Assembly: GCA_965644265.1 (NCBI GenBank)
Contig: OZ286461.1
Coordinates: 108,872,001 to 108,936,000 of the forward strand
Source: Glycera tridactyla
Lineage: Eukaryota
Length of the DNA: 64,000 nt
Direction: 5' to 3'
The notes below the pieces were generated by a model. The model ran no database searches. It was not told the origin of the DNA and worked only from the letters and a program-made list of their open reading frames with translations. Below are positions 12,176 through 24,600 of the stretch, in pieces. A program made the translations under genes and the position numbers. Every line of letters starts with the position of its first letter. Positions within the stretch are counted from its first letter, which is position 1.

Positions 12176-12263
12176 GGGTTTGAACCCATGACCTCTGAGT
12201 GAGCCGCCCAGCGTCAGCAACAAACTGCCAGCACCCCTGACCACTACACCATGGAGTCACCCC
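12176..12263 (-). mobile_element. tRNA-derived SINE-like head
   Basis: Minus strand: A box TGGTGTAGTGG, B box GGGTTCAAACCC, followed by a TG/G-rich tail; no complete cloverleaf. Confidence 0.5.
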
Positions 12264-14491
12264 ACAGAGGGGAGCTCAGGGAGCAGAGACACACACACGC
12301 GCGTGTGCACGTACATAGACTATATTGTTGGATGACAACATTCAATTTGACCCTGTCAGGTCATACCAGCAGTAGGAATTAGAAGGTCAATAATGCGTGT
12401 GTCATAAGTCGGAGGTATGTGACCTTTGCATGTGTACTTGATGCATGCTTACAAATGAATACTGAGGAGTAGCTCGGGAGGAGATGAACAAGGAGCGAGT
12501 TGTTAGCTGCCTGGCAACTCATTTGCTTATATGATAATACGATTACTGTGAGTGGGCGGCGATCATGTTGGTAATAAGCCTGCAACGAGACACTCAAGCA
12601 TGACGACCTGTAAGAATGACTCCTCTCTCTCTCTTGTGATCCATGCATCACTTCAGAGCAGCACATTGAGATCTGCCTACTGACTATACCTCAAAATGTC
12701 ATCAATTAGGCACAATTGCTAGGTTTCTGCTGGTTGTCCTTGCCTATCCAGGGCCTGCATACAGGTAGTAGATTGGAGCCAGTGATGAGAATGAAATTCA
12801 AATGCTGAGCAATTGATTGGGGAAATCCTCAAATGTGGCCCAACCATGTCACATTCGTGGTCTTGATGCATTTTTCAGAATTCACCCTCTCTCATGCATT
12901 TGGGAGCACTGAGTGGAAGCCCAGCAATTCAGCCTGTGCTAATTCCCAGCCAGTGCTGCAGACACGGTTCGGTACTAATTCAGGGCACCATATTGCCCCA
13001 CTGGCACAGGCAGTCCGACTTGTTCTTAGTGCAGGCGATTTTATCAGTCAGCCAACCTGATGGGCAGGTACCCAACCACTTTTCAGTTTATGATTCTATG
13101 CAGGGGAGCAGGTGAAGATAACAGGGAAAATCACACTACACCTGTCCAAATGACTGTTTGAGAAAAAAGTTGATGTAGAGCCCTGTGAATGAGAATATAT
13201 GTAGCACTGTTTGACAAACAAGATCATTTTCTCCCATAAAACTACTGAAAGGAAAAGTCATAAGCCCTGTCAAAAAAGAAAAGAGATGATTGTCAAATGG
13301 TCACATTGGACAGCCATGGCCTGGATGATTGAGGCTCGGCAAGGTTTGATCCGGCACTGCATACTGTACTTGTTAGGTCAAGAATGTGTCAAATAATTAT
13401 CACTTCTTTCCAAGTCTGCAGACAGAATTGTACCTTAAGATTGAGATTTTCTCGAAAGATGAAATGCAATTTCTTACATATGTAATCCTGACAAAGTTTT
13501 GATCCCTCATTCGCTCATGCATGCCTGATCATCTGACCTATCACGAGATGGTATTCCGATGTGCCAGCAGTTTCACCTTTCATGGAGATCACATGAGGAC
13601 TTCATTCATGAATTATTCACCAGTTGTCTGATGGTGCCAGACACAAGATTTGTTCCACCCTCACTAGCAGACATCTTTGCATGGATGATCTCTCATAGAA
13701 AGACATCTCGTCAGCGGATAATTTTGAAATAGTCCCGAACAACCCATCAAGTCGAATTTCAAACAGTTGTCTCTCCTCAGCATTTGCCTTTATATCACCA
13801 GACATCATTTGAATGATGATGGATTGTCCTATTCAACATGCATTTGAAGTTTATTGGACTTTTTCAGAAAAGTAAGTGATGAAATAAAATGATGAACTTC
13901 ATCAGAATCTATATGAAGACACTTCCTTCAGTCAAATTATGAAGTTGTCTTTGAGGCTTCAAAGGTCTATATGGTGAGGTTTTAACAGTAGAAAATACTC
14001 TCTCTGTTACCACTTGGTGCCCTTTGTAGGTAGATGGCCTCTTTTCAGTAGTACTCTCATGAGCAGATTCAACAAAACCAGAAATGAACTCTTATGATTT
14101 GTCTTCAAGTATCAGAAATCGGAGTGTGTAATATCATTGATACTCAACTAATTTTTAGTACATTTTGGATTATCCTGTCATGAGAGAGCATGACAATACA
14201 TGAGAAATTGATTTCCATATACTTGATATGGAATTCATAGAAATTTGGTAAACATACTGTTATCCTGGAATTCTTGAGAAAGATCTTTGATTGTAGTACC
14301 TGACAGAATAATGAGAGAGAGAGGCGAATTTTGAAGTGATGGATGCAGGGAAGGATCAAATAATTGACGATGCTGAGGATTGCGATGATGCGGAGGTTGC
14401 GTAGCCATCCTGGCTTGGCACCAACAACATCTTATTATACTTGAATGGGATATCAGTTGTCAGGAGCTGGTGTGATAGACTTGCTAATTAT

Positions 14492-14856
14492 NNNNNNNNN
14501 NNNNNNNNNNNNNNNNNNNNNNNNNNNNNNNNNNNNNNNNNNNNNNNNNNNNNNNNNNNNNNNNNNNNNNNNNNNNNNNNNNNNNNNNNNNNNNNNNNNN
14601 NNNNNNNNNNNNNNNNNNNNNNNNNNNNNNNNNNNNNNNNNNNNNNNNNNNNNNNNNNNNNNNNNNNNNNNNNNNNNNNNNNNNTGCTCATGTATNNNNN
14701 NNNNNNNNNNNNNNNNNNNNNNNNNNNNNNNNNNNNNNNNNNNNNNNNNNNNNNNNNNNNNNNNNNNNNNNNNNNNNNNNNNNNNNNNNNNNNNNNNNNN
14801 NNNNNNNNNNNNNNNNNNNNNNNNNNNNNNNNNNNNNNNNNNNNNNNNNNNNNNNN
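14492..14856. other. N blocks (14492-14684, 14696-14856)
   Basis: Runs of N separated by 11 called bases. Confidence 1.
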
Positions 14857-17800
14857 CAGCAAAGGTCCTTCTGTTCCCGTAAATATCAACATATTATCTG
14901 CTGTTAGGTATGACATGTCGTGTTTACGTTTTTCCTGATTTTCACTGTTTCAGTGCTAGACTCTGTGATAGGTATGGCTTCCTCCTCATCTTCTCAGCCC
15001 AGCTATACCGGCTTTCAATCACCTTCCCCCCAATATACACATTAATCTAGCTAGTCACCTATACTCGTGGGAATCCCTCATCCCCCCACAGTCAATTTTA
15101 ATGCATCCATTGTGCTTGACAGCTGACTCCTAGATCAGCTGTTACTAGCTTACTATGTAATTCTGCTAAATGGGATACTAACGATTTCATCGCCAGCAGC
15201 AGTTTCGTACATTTAGGGTGAAGAATTTTCTACTTGTTCACATGATCATTCTGAATTATTACAAAATACAAATGATGGAAATTCTCACGATTGGAAAAAC
15301 AGACAAAATATGTAGAGTATTTGTCAGAATGTTACGTCTTGTTGACAATTTGAGGTAGTGCAAAAACCCCGATTGTGGGAAGTTCGGAGAGATCTCTAAA
15401 TGATTGAAAGTAGAATGATCACACTCAGCGTTGATAAGGGGATCTTGTTATCAGAAGGAGCATGCAGGAAGCTGAAGCTCTCCAAAGGTATAAAAAAAAC
15501 ATATATTTTCCACTCATTGATTTACATATTGGCAATGGTTGGCTGACATTCCATCTTTGTGTTATACCGACCAGATGTGCAATTGTGGCAACTTACTTTT
15601 AAATCTAAATGGAGCTTTCTGTTGCTATGATTTCCTCAGAGGATTCTTATCATATCAACTGTTGGTACCCACTCCTCCACCTGTAGTGGATAATAAAGAC
15701 AAATTCAGCTTTACAGCCCCAACCCAATAACCTCTGGCTCATCTTCAATTCAAGTTCAATAGAATTTTGGTCATGCTAGGGAGATCAAATTGGATGGGAT
15801 TCTGCTGAGTTCTGGCTGAGGCAGCAGAAATTCAAGTGTTCTATTTTCACTCACAACACCAATGAGGAGAGGGACCTATCAAAGTTAGGTTGACATTCAA
15901 TGTGTTACCATGACTTGACTATTGTTCTGATTACTCTCATTTTACTGATGATTATGCAGGAGGTACTCTTAGATTTACATCAAACTGTAGTTCCTGGAAT
16001 TACCATCTTTTAATCACATAGCTTTCACCCAGATTTAAGATCTTGCTGCTAATACAACCAACCAAAGATGATTGACATACATGTACATATACATCATGGG
16101 ACTCATGTTTTATACGACTAGCTGGGATAATCAATTGACATGTTTTATATGTTGAGACACAGGCATTCTCATGTGGCAGCTGTCCGGCATATGCCAATTG
16201 TATGGATTTACCTAACTACGGGATAACCCAACTTACCAACAATAATGAGATAAACTTGCTAAGAACTACCTCATAAACTCTCTATTTCAGATGTCATCCC
16301 ACCCTTGTGGTCACTGACAATGTACCTTGTGGTTATGATTATATTTCTTCGGTGTCATCATGGATTGTCATATTGGGAGGTGCTTCATGGTGCACAGACT
16401 TTGCAACCTGAATATACACAGTTAAATTTTCCTGTGCCAGAAGCCATGGGAAGTATAAAATGGTGTGCTTGGAGCATACATAGTAGACAGTGAAAAATAC
16501 ACAGTTGGGGTTGTTGCTAATCGCAAATTGTAGATCATTTCAAGCTGTTGGTTTGCCATTCTTAGTTCATATATACTCTATGAATGTCACAGTTATTCTG
16601 AATGTCTGTGCAATTGCATCACAATGTATGTCAGTGGCATTGTTGAGTATTCCAGGAGACGATTTTCACCTGAACATAGGTACATTTCAGAGATTTGAAC
16701 ATGTACCCAATGGAGAGTAAAGTTTTCTTTTACTGAAGAGACTGCAATCTGTTATGAGTAAAATGCATCTCAAGAAGTTTCATGAACTGTATTTGATGAG
16801 TTTAGCTAGTTCAACAAAGGTACATGGATATCCCAAGTGCCAGATATGTTTCTCAAATGGGTAATATTACCATTAGTTGCCCCTGTACATCATTAGTAGA
16901 TTATTTAGTTCTGTCGATGGTTGCATCATATTGATCATGATCATTCCTGTGATACCATGAAGGGGGGACTCTGTTTGACAGTCCATAATGAACTAATCTT
17001 TTGATCTCTTCTTTCAGCAGATTATCTCTGCTTCATTCCCTTGATGGGTCAGATCAGTTGCCCAGAGTAGATCACCCAAAATTCAGAACTTGGAGAACAC
17101 TATCACATGATATATCTTGGGGAATGTATATTTGGGATTTGTATATGGGACATTTATTCATCCATGAAACATATGATGTGGTTTCATGGCATGCATATCA
17201 TTCATATCCTTGGGAGAATATGCACCTGTATGCCATATTTCTTGAGTTTTTGATGAAAGATGCTCTTGTGAAGACTGGTCATGTGAATCGAGTCATTCGT
17301 GCTGGCTTTGATACTTCCTAGGAAATATCAGCCTTCCCTATCAAGAAACTCTCTCTTATTTTAAGCAAGAATTCAGTGATTACCTCCATCTTGTATTTAT
17401 AACTTTACAATCTTTAGTTTTTCATTCTGAAGCTTCCAGTCAGTCACATAGTTAGATAGGCCATCAATGGATAATTCAGATTGATGTTAGGCATGTAGAG
17501 GTGTGTCTGAAGTGTCACTTACCGTACTTCTTCTTGGCAAACTTTATGGTTCCCTTCATCCTGCATTCAGGGTCTGTGAGAATTATGCCTGGAAAAGACA
17601 GAATAACCAATTTTCATAGATTAAGAATATGTTGCATGCATGATTTTTTGAGTGATAATTCCGATAACCTTCAACCAAACCAATCCTGGATGTCCGTTTC
17701 TCTGTAAGTTTTGTGGCCATCCATCTAACCTTAATGTTGCTGAAGTTTGCATCACAACAGAAAATTTGGAATGCATTATAGTTACCATGCAGATAAGTTA

Positions 17801-18284
17801 CATACTACGAATGTCTGCCTGAACATGTTTCACATCAGATTTCAAGAAATATGCACTCTTTCATATTCAATGTATCAGTACAAAACAGAGAGGATATGAC
17901 TAATTCCAATGATTTCTTCCAGATTTTTCACATGCAGTTTCTCACAATACTTCCAGAAATTTTAGTTGTAATGTTGACCTTGAATTTTCCACAGGAAGTT
18001 ATAGATTTGGAAATTTCCAATCCAGGCTGTCAGACTTGATTCAAAATCAATTATCCATGTTTATCTCATATTCCATACCGCTATCATGCTAGGAAATGTG
18101 GTATACAGACATATGATTTTCTTCCTCGAAAACAGGTCAATATAGTCATGATTCTGATGAAAACTCCTTTTTACAATTATACGTCCTATTGTGTTTGGTG
18201 AATTCAAGATTCACAATTGGACAAAAGGTCATTGAGAGCGACAACTCTCATTACATGCTAAATTGTTTGAGGTGGTTGTTGATA

Positions 18285-18388
18285 CAGTCTAATCTGCTCA
18301 AGACCACCTCCATACGAAGGCCACCTGTCTACAATGACCACTTTTTGTGTGTGAATAAGGTTGGTCTTTGTAGACAGGTTTTTCTCTA
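18285..18388. mobile_element. TA-flanked MITE, degenerate
   Basis: ta|cagtctaatc...gaccacc...gtctttgtagacaggtt. Confidence 0.55.
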
Positions 18389-18531
18389 TGTCTTGGTGTA
18401 TATATGCTAGTGTATCCTGAATTTGTGCTGTCAAAAAATGATTTTAATTTGACTATCATTTCCATGGTTGTATGATTGGATCTGCTTTGGTTTACTAATA
18501 TCAATAATATTTTATTTTCTATATTTTGCAG

Positions 18532-18603
18532 CTGTGAGTAACCAGCCACCCAGATTTGTGAGCTTTCAAAGTGCGCTCTTCATATCCGAAGGAACAGCAG
18601 TTG
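18532..18603 (+). CDS. cadherin exon 1 (visible), start of EC1
   Basis: ttttgcag|...|gtaagc; VSNQPPRFVSFQSALFISEGTAV; phase 1 to 1. Confidence 0.85.
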
Positions 18604-21600
18604 GTAAGCTATATTTCACTTAATGTTTCAATTAGTGTCACCAAATGGATTCTGAACAATTTCAGAATTGCAGCACGATAGGATATACTTGATTTAGTGT
18701 TAGCATTTAAAATTTATGAATGAAATTGAGGTAATTTTCATCTACAATAAGCTACCACCACCACTTGCATTCCATCAGAGATGAAAATTACTTCAGCAAA
18801 TCATTTTAGTATGCATGTGCACACAATCACACATAGACTTACACATATCTGTTATCATTTTGAAATCATCTGTTAGGAATACAAGCTGCTGTTACATCGG
18901 ATATGCATGTAAAAGATCATTCCTTTTTTTTTTCAAATGGAGAGGATGTAGATAGCAGACTGAATCTTCATTTAGACACATCTGTTAGTGGAGTATGTAG
19001 CTTTTTTTGTTTCTTAGTTGGCAGTGCAGTACTTCACGCCTGATGCCAGTAACACCTTTTTGTGATCCGTTCTTCGTGCTCTTTTGGCAACTTCAATGTT
19101 CAGTGATGCAGTCCATGTGCCAGGAGCCATTAAATCCACAGCAAATCATCTAGTAATCAGCTCCGATAACAACCATTGATATACAGCAGTGATACAGTGA
19201 GACCTGAAATGGGAGACTGCCACCAAATGTCTCCGAAAATTGGTCTCTCGTCAGAGGTATATTCGACTATGTCAAATAAAAATTCTGCCCTGAAAAAGGT
19301 GGTCTTTTATCGCAGGGGGGGGGGGGGGTTGTCTTTTGCGTAGGTTGCACTGTACAAAGAGTTTTCATACTGGTACAATGAAACCTGCAACCAGAGACCA
19401 CCCCAAGTGTCACCAAAAAGTGGTCTCCTAAAAGAGGTGGTCTCATCACAGGTATTTTTGAGTTTGTCAAGTGCAAAAGCTGCCCTGAAAAAGTGGCTTC
19501 CTGTCGGAGGTGGTCTGTCAAGAGGTCGCTCGTCCCAGGTTTCACTGTACGTATATCTGGATCGAAGAGTAACACTAGCATGTTTCTTTGATTCTTGAAT
19601 CATATTGATGATCAGATCAAAAAAGTTATTTACGAAAGTTATTCATGCAACAGTGTCATTCACATCACACTCTTCAAAGGATGCTTCATGCCTTAAACCT
19701 CAACCAGCCATCCAAGTAGCTTCTTAGACTGCAAGGAAAAACTCAAACATCAACTGTCTGATGATATGGATGAACATGTTCTGGCTGGGGCATAGGTGGA
19801 TATGACACAGACAAAGTGTCAGTTGACTGAGAATACATTTGTCAGTTTGTTTTATACTGAGTGGGATTGCAAGGTCATGTAGAAATCAACTTAGGATGTG
19901 AAGGTCAGAAGCTTTCAGATTTTCCCTGTGGAATCTTTCATCAGCTCATGGTTACTGAATCGAAAGGTGTCTGCTGTACATTTCACTACAGTAGGACCTG
20001 GTACAAAAAAGTTCATTGAATTCCTCAAAATGGGTCTCTCCAAACAGGTGATTGCTGGATGCAGATAAATTTGCAAAATAATTAAAGGAACGTGTTGGGG
20101 GTGCTTGAGTGTTCCACTGTACTGGACAGAGGAGAACCCTGGTACAAAGTGTAGAGGGTATGACAATCAAATCAAGCAACTGATGGATTGTGGACCAAGC
20201 TTGAAATTATCATCCAGTGTCAAAGGTTTTCTTAATAATCTCTTCAATCTTATTGCACCTGTGTAGCAATCATACAAGTAGTTAGAGACAAGTAATGAAA
20301 GTTCATGGAAAAAATGTGAGGTTCTCTACTACTGGAGTTTTGGATACATTCATGTGGCAGCTCCATTTTTCATCTAGCCTCCTTTATTCAGAATACATGT
20401 GTCGAATATTCTATAAAACCCCTCAGATATTGGAAAGACATAAAACCCAAACTGCCTATCAGTTATTGTCATTCTTTCACATGCTTGCAGCATAGACACA
20501 TTCACACATGCATGTGTACAGCCTCGCATGTGTACAGACTGATATCTTGTGTTGCAGCCCATCCCTCACCTATGTGCTATTCTAACATGTATACAATGAT
20601 ATTTTGCTCCAGATCAATAAACATGTCTGCTCCAGAGATCACATAGATCATAGTACAAAGGCTGCAAAACATGTAATAAGAGGAAGCTTCGTATGTCAAC
20701 AAAATTCATCTTTCCATAAGAGGTGGTCTTTCAGAGGGTATTTGAATATGCAAAATAGTATAAGAAGGCTTGTAAAAGATGTTGCTCATGAGAAGTCTAT
20801 TCCAGTGCTATATATCTATGATACATTGTTTCATCAGTTCGTAATTGTGCCTAATCTTAGCAATTTCAATATCTGGATTTTGCCAGATTCAACCACAGCT
20901 TGTCATGAATGTTGACATGAAACATCACACAGAATTTTCAGCTGAATGAATTGATGCAGTCATTTAGGTGGGTTCAGAAATAGCCAACAAATGTGAACCC
21001 GTTGGCTAACACTGACTCTATAATATTTTTCAATTGTGGCATGCTATCTGTGCTGAATACATGCTCTACCACTCCCTCACGTTGTTATCATCTGTGCCAC
21101 CAGAGGCCTCTATATCCAAGTGCTGTTAAGCCTAAACTTGGATTAGGTACTCCCAGGTATATTGAGGCAGACACTTTCAAATGAAATCACATTGTCAATC
21201 ATAATTTCAACCAGAATTTTTCAAATACAACCCACAAAAACATGCTGCTTGTAGGTTTCAAAGGTGTGTTCTTTCTTGAATAGAACCACATGACCTTCAT
21301 TTGATTCATGTGATGGTCACTCCTGTATCCTCCACTCATTCATCACTGGAAATGTTATAGATAAAATATGTGATCTGCACCATCTAAACAGTTAATTTCG
21401 GTTGCTGAAATATAGCTGCATTTGACTTGATTCAGTTCAGGCACTTATTCTTGGAAAACAGAGTGGATTGGGAATTCCCACCCCTGTGCCAACCTTTCAG
21501 GCAGCGCATCAACCAACAACCATTTGAAAAAGTGATGAAAAATTGTGGGAGCTGTAAAATCGGCAATGACTGATTGGTATGTTTTACCAATTTTCAGGGG

Positions 21601-24600
21601 TGTTCTTGATATAGAACACATTTCCGTCAAATTAAATGTTGCCAGCGCATGGTTTTGAAGATACCGCAGGATATATGGCTGCTGCTCATGTCACATGATC
21701 ACAGCTGCTGATATTGGAGGATACAGTTTGTATGACAGATGTACTCGATAGTTTGGCTTCACATGGACAGCTGTCCCACACCTCATTGATCGGGGAATTC
21801 ACCTGGAAGTTTGCTAAAATATATCAAGTGCCGTAAATGACGTAATAATCGCCCTGGGCGCTTATTAGGATCATCGCTGAGGGAAGACAGGGGTGGGCGA
21901 TTATTAGGGATGTCTCTTCACCGGGTGAAGACTGATGCTGAAAACGATGTTTTTCGCTGATCCCGATCGCTCTCTGAACGCCTACAGCACAGCCGCGAGT
22001 CAATAAATGGTACAAATCACGCGTTAAATGACTACTAGAGTGTTTGATGATCGTTTTAGCGAAAATCCCGACATTTTCGCCATAAACGTGATGAAAACAC
22101 GTGGCAAGAATAACGATTCGAGTGCGCCGCCATTTTGAATCCGATCTGGTCACATGATCAGCATCATCTCGTGACCTCGGGACTACACAACAATGGCGCG
22201 GATTGCTATTAAAGAAGCCAACCTTTCGTTTTTATCGTGAAATACATGCTTATTCGATGTTGACACGTGTTTTTAATGGCGGGAACCTCATCATCATGGA
22301 TATACACTATGAATCGTTGGGGTATGAAGCGTGAACGATGTAACAATCGCCGGGGTAAGGCGCGAATTGGCTTCTCTACCAGGGTTTTCTTTGGTCTATC
22401 GCTGGGCTCGTCGCTAATTGCAATTGATGAAACTGATCGATCGTGGTGTCGATTGGCCTCTCTCCATGTTTGAACTGTCTTCATCTTTGATGATCTTTGT
22501 CGATATTCGCAATCCGCAGACTGGGGATTAAAAGGATCTTTCCCGTGACTAGGAATCATCTCAAATTTGGGGGGGGGGGGCGTTTATTGGAGCATGGGCG
22601 ATTATTACGTCATATACGGTACTTTAGGCCTCGTAAACATGTCGAGCCAAATATTCTCCATCTAGATAGCTTGATTGGTACTAGTATAATGTATAAACAC
22701 ATGCAGTGATGAACAGGACAATTGATGTTCACAGCAAATGGATAGTAAGGGTCACCCTGTTCAATATTCACACGGTTTGACTCATTCATGCCGAAGATAA
22801 AGCATAAGTAGTTGATCAAATATAATTGAGAAAGTGCAACAGAAATCATCTTGAGTTGTTTATTCCTCCGCAGATGAGAATCAAGGTAACATTCATTATT
22901 CTAACATGCCGGAGATGGTCCTGCACTCCACATTCAGGGAATTGTTTCGCACAATTCACTTAATTTTTACATTGACATTCATCGAAATAAGATCACTCAC
23001 GATTGCGGAGGTGTCTTCAGTGCCCATATTTTCTTGAATGAACTGCAGCAACTTTGGAGCCTTCCATATGGGGCGACCTTGGTTTATGGTGAAATAATCA
23101 CACAATTTTTTGACCTACATTGCACAACACTTGTATACTTTCTAATTTTTTATCATAATGCATGCTCAACATATGTCTGTAAAGTGCACTCAGATTTCTG
23201 GTGGTTCAAGGGGAATGACTTCATGTATGGATTCATGTGCACCTTTGTTTGACATGGATGTTGCCGTTACTTGGTATGAGGAAGTGTGCACTGGCATTAG
23301 GCCCACTCTTACCTTGGTATCATTTTCTATGTTCAGGACAACATTTGCAGAGCAAACATCTGCAAAGAAATCTACCATGAAGAAAGTGGCAGCAGTGGTA
23401 ATTACGGTAGTGGCAGCTGCAGAAACAGAAGCCAGGCTGACTGTGCCTGAGCATACTATATGGACACAGGGAATAGACTTCACTGCTTGACTATGTTGAT
23501 CAAAGTTCACTTTCACAAGGCAGACTGTAATCATGTCTGTGATATACAGTGGGAGCTGCTCAAGAGTTCACCTCTTTAGATAAAGGCCACCTTTTGATGC
23601 AACCAAAGGTGGCTTCAGTAGACATGTTTGTCTGTACATTATGGAAAGGTGTGCTGAATGAGCACATTTCCAGACCAACTGTGTTTTGTTAGTTCAGTTA
23701 TGGTGCCCAGGGTTCTGCCCCATAGAAATCCTTGTAACTAGTGGGGATTATGGCAATCCTTGCCTATTGACAGGTAGCACAATATAACCTTGCCAATGAT
23801 TACCTGTGAGATGTCTGTGTGTGCTGGGAGCTACAGGTGATAATCATCCTATAGCCATATGATTGCCAGGTATTGCATAACGAGTCAGAAAGTAGGAGAG
23901 GTACACTTCATGGCTGACATTGCACCCTGCAGCAGACCTTCTGATTGTGGGTGCTCACACACATTTTTGGAGTTGTCTTCATTTGCAGGTGATCTTTGAG
24001 GCTTTGACTATGTATTAGAACCCCCTCCCCCCCAAAAAAAAGAATGAATGAATGAATAAATAAATGAAAATAAATAAATAAATGATAATGATATTAATAT
24101 TGAATAATTGATTTAATAAGAAATTGAAATCAATCTCTATTTGAGAATGCCATCCATGATGACTGATTATAGTATTAATTTTTAGACATCCGTTGAAACT
24201 TGTTCCAAGCAGACATTCTTAATGGTCACAAGGAGGGGTTGGATATGACAGATGAATTAACATGTAAAGTCGGTGTCAAAAGCAGCTGTTAAATATATGT
24301 TGCTGTCTAGCACAATAGATGACATTGGTGCCTGTACTGTTAATGGATCTCAGGGCATGTCAAGATGGTTGGTTTTTGCTGCACATACACATCATAGCAT
24401 GGGGGTACTATGTGCCATACTTGGATTCATTTCAAAAAAAGGCTGAGTACACTCTCAGCATTCCTGATACATTTATATCAAAGACTTGCTTGGTGAAAAA
24501 AAGTGACAATGATCATGCGCTGGCCCATCTCAGTTCCATGGAAGTGGGTGAAATAATGAAACATATGGCGACCAGTGTTCCTGTGTCTGTTAGACAGATT

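Noticed and set aside
14441-14938. ORFs spanning N blocks (also near 39809-40229 and 57018-57356)
   Set aside because: They are open only because N translates as X.
21831-22619. Host CpG-island promoter of the cadherin, or a nested gene
   Set aside because: The CpG block ends exactly at 24-bp TIRs and lies downstream of the first EC1 exon; its ORFs are short with no recognisable motifs.
23158-23534. Overlapping 110-aa and 114-aa ORFs on both strands
   Set aside because: No recognisable domain or splice sites; Ala/Thr/Val-rich low complexity.
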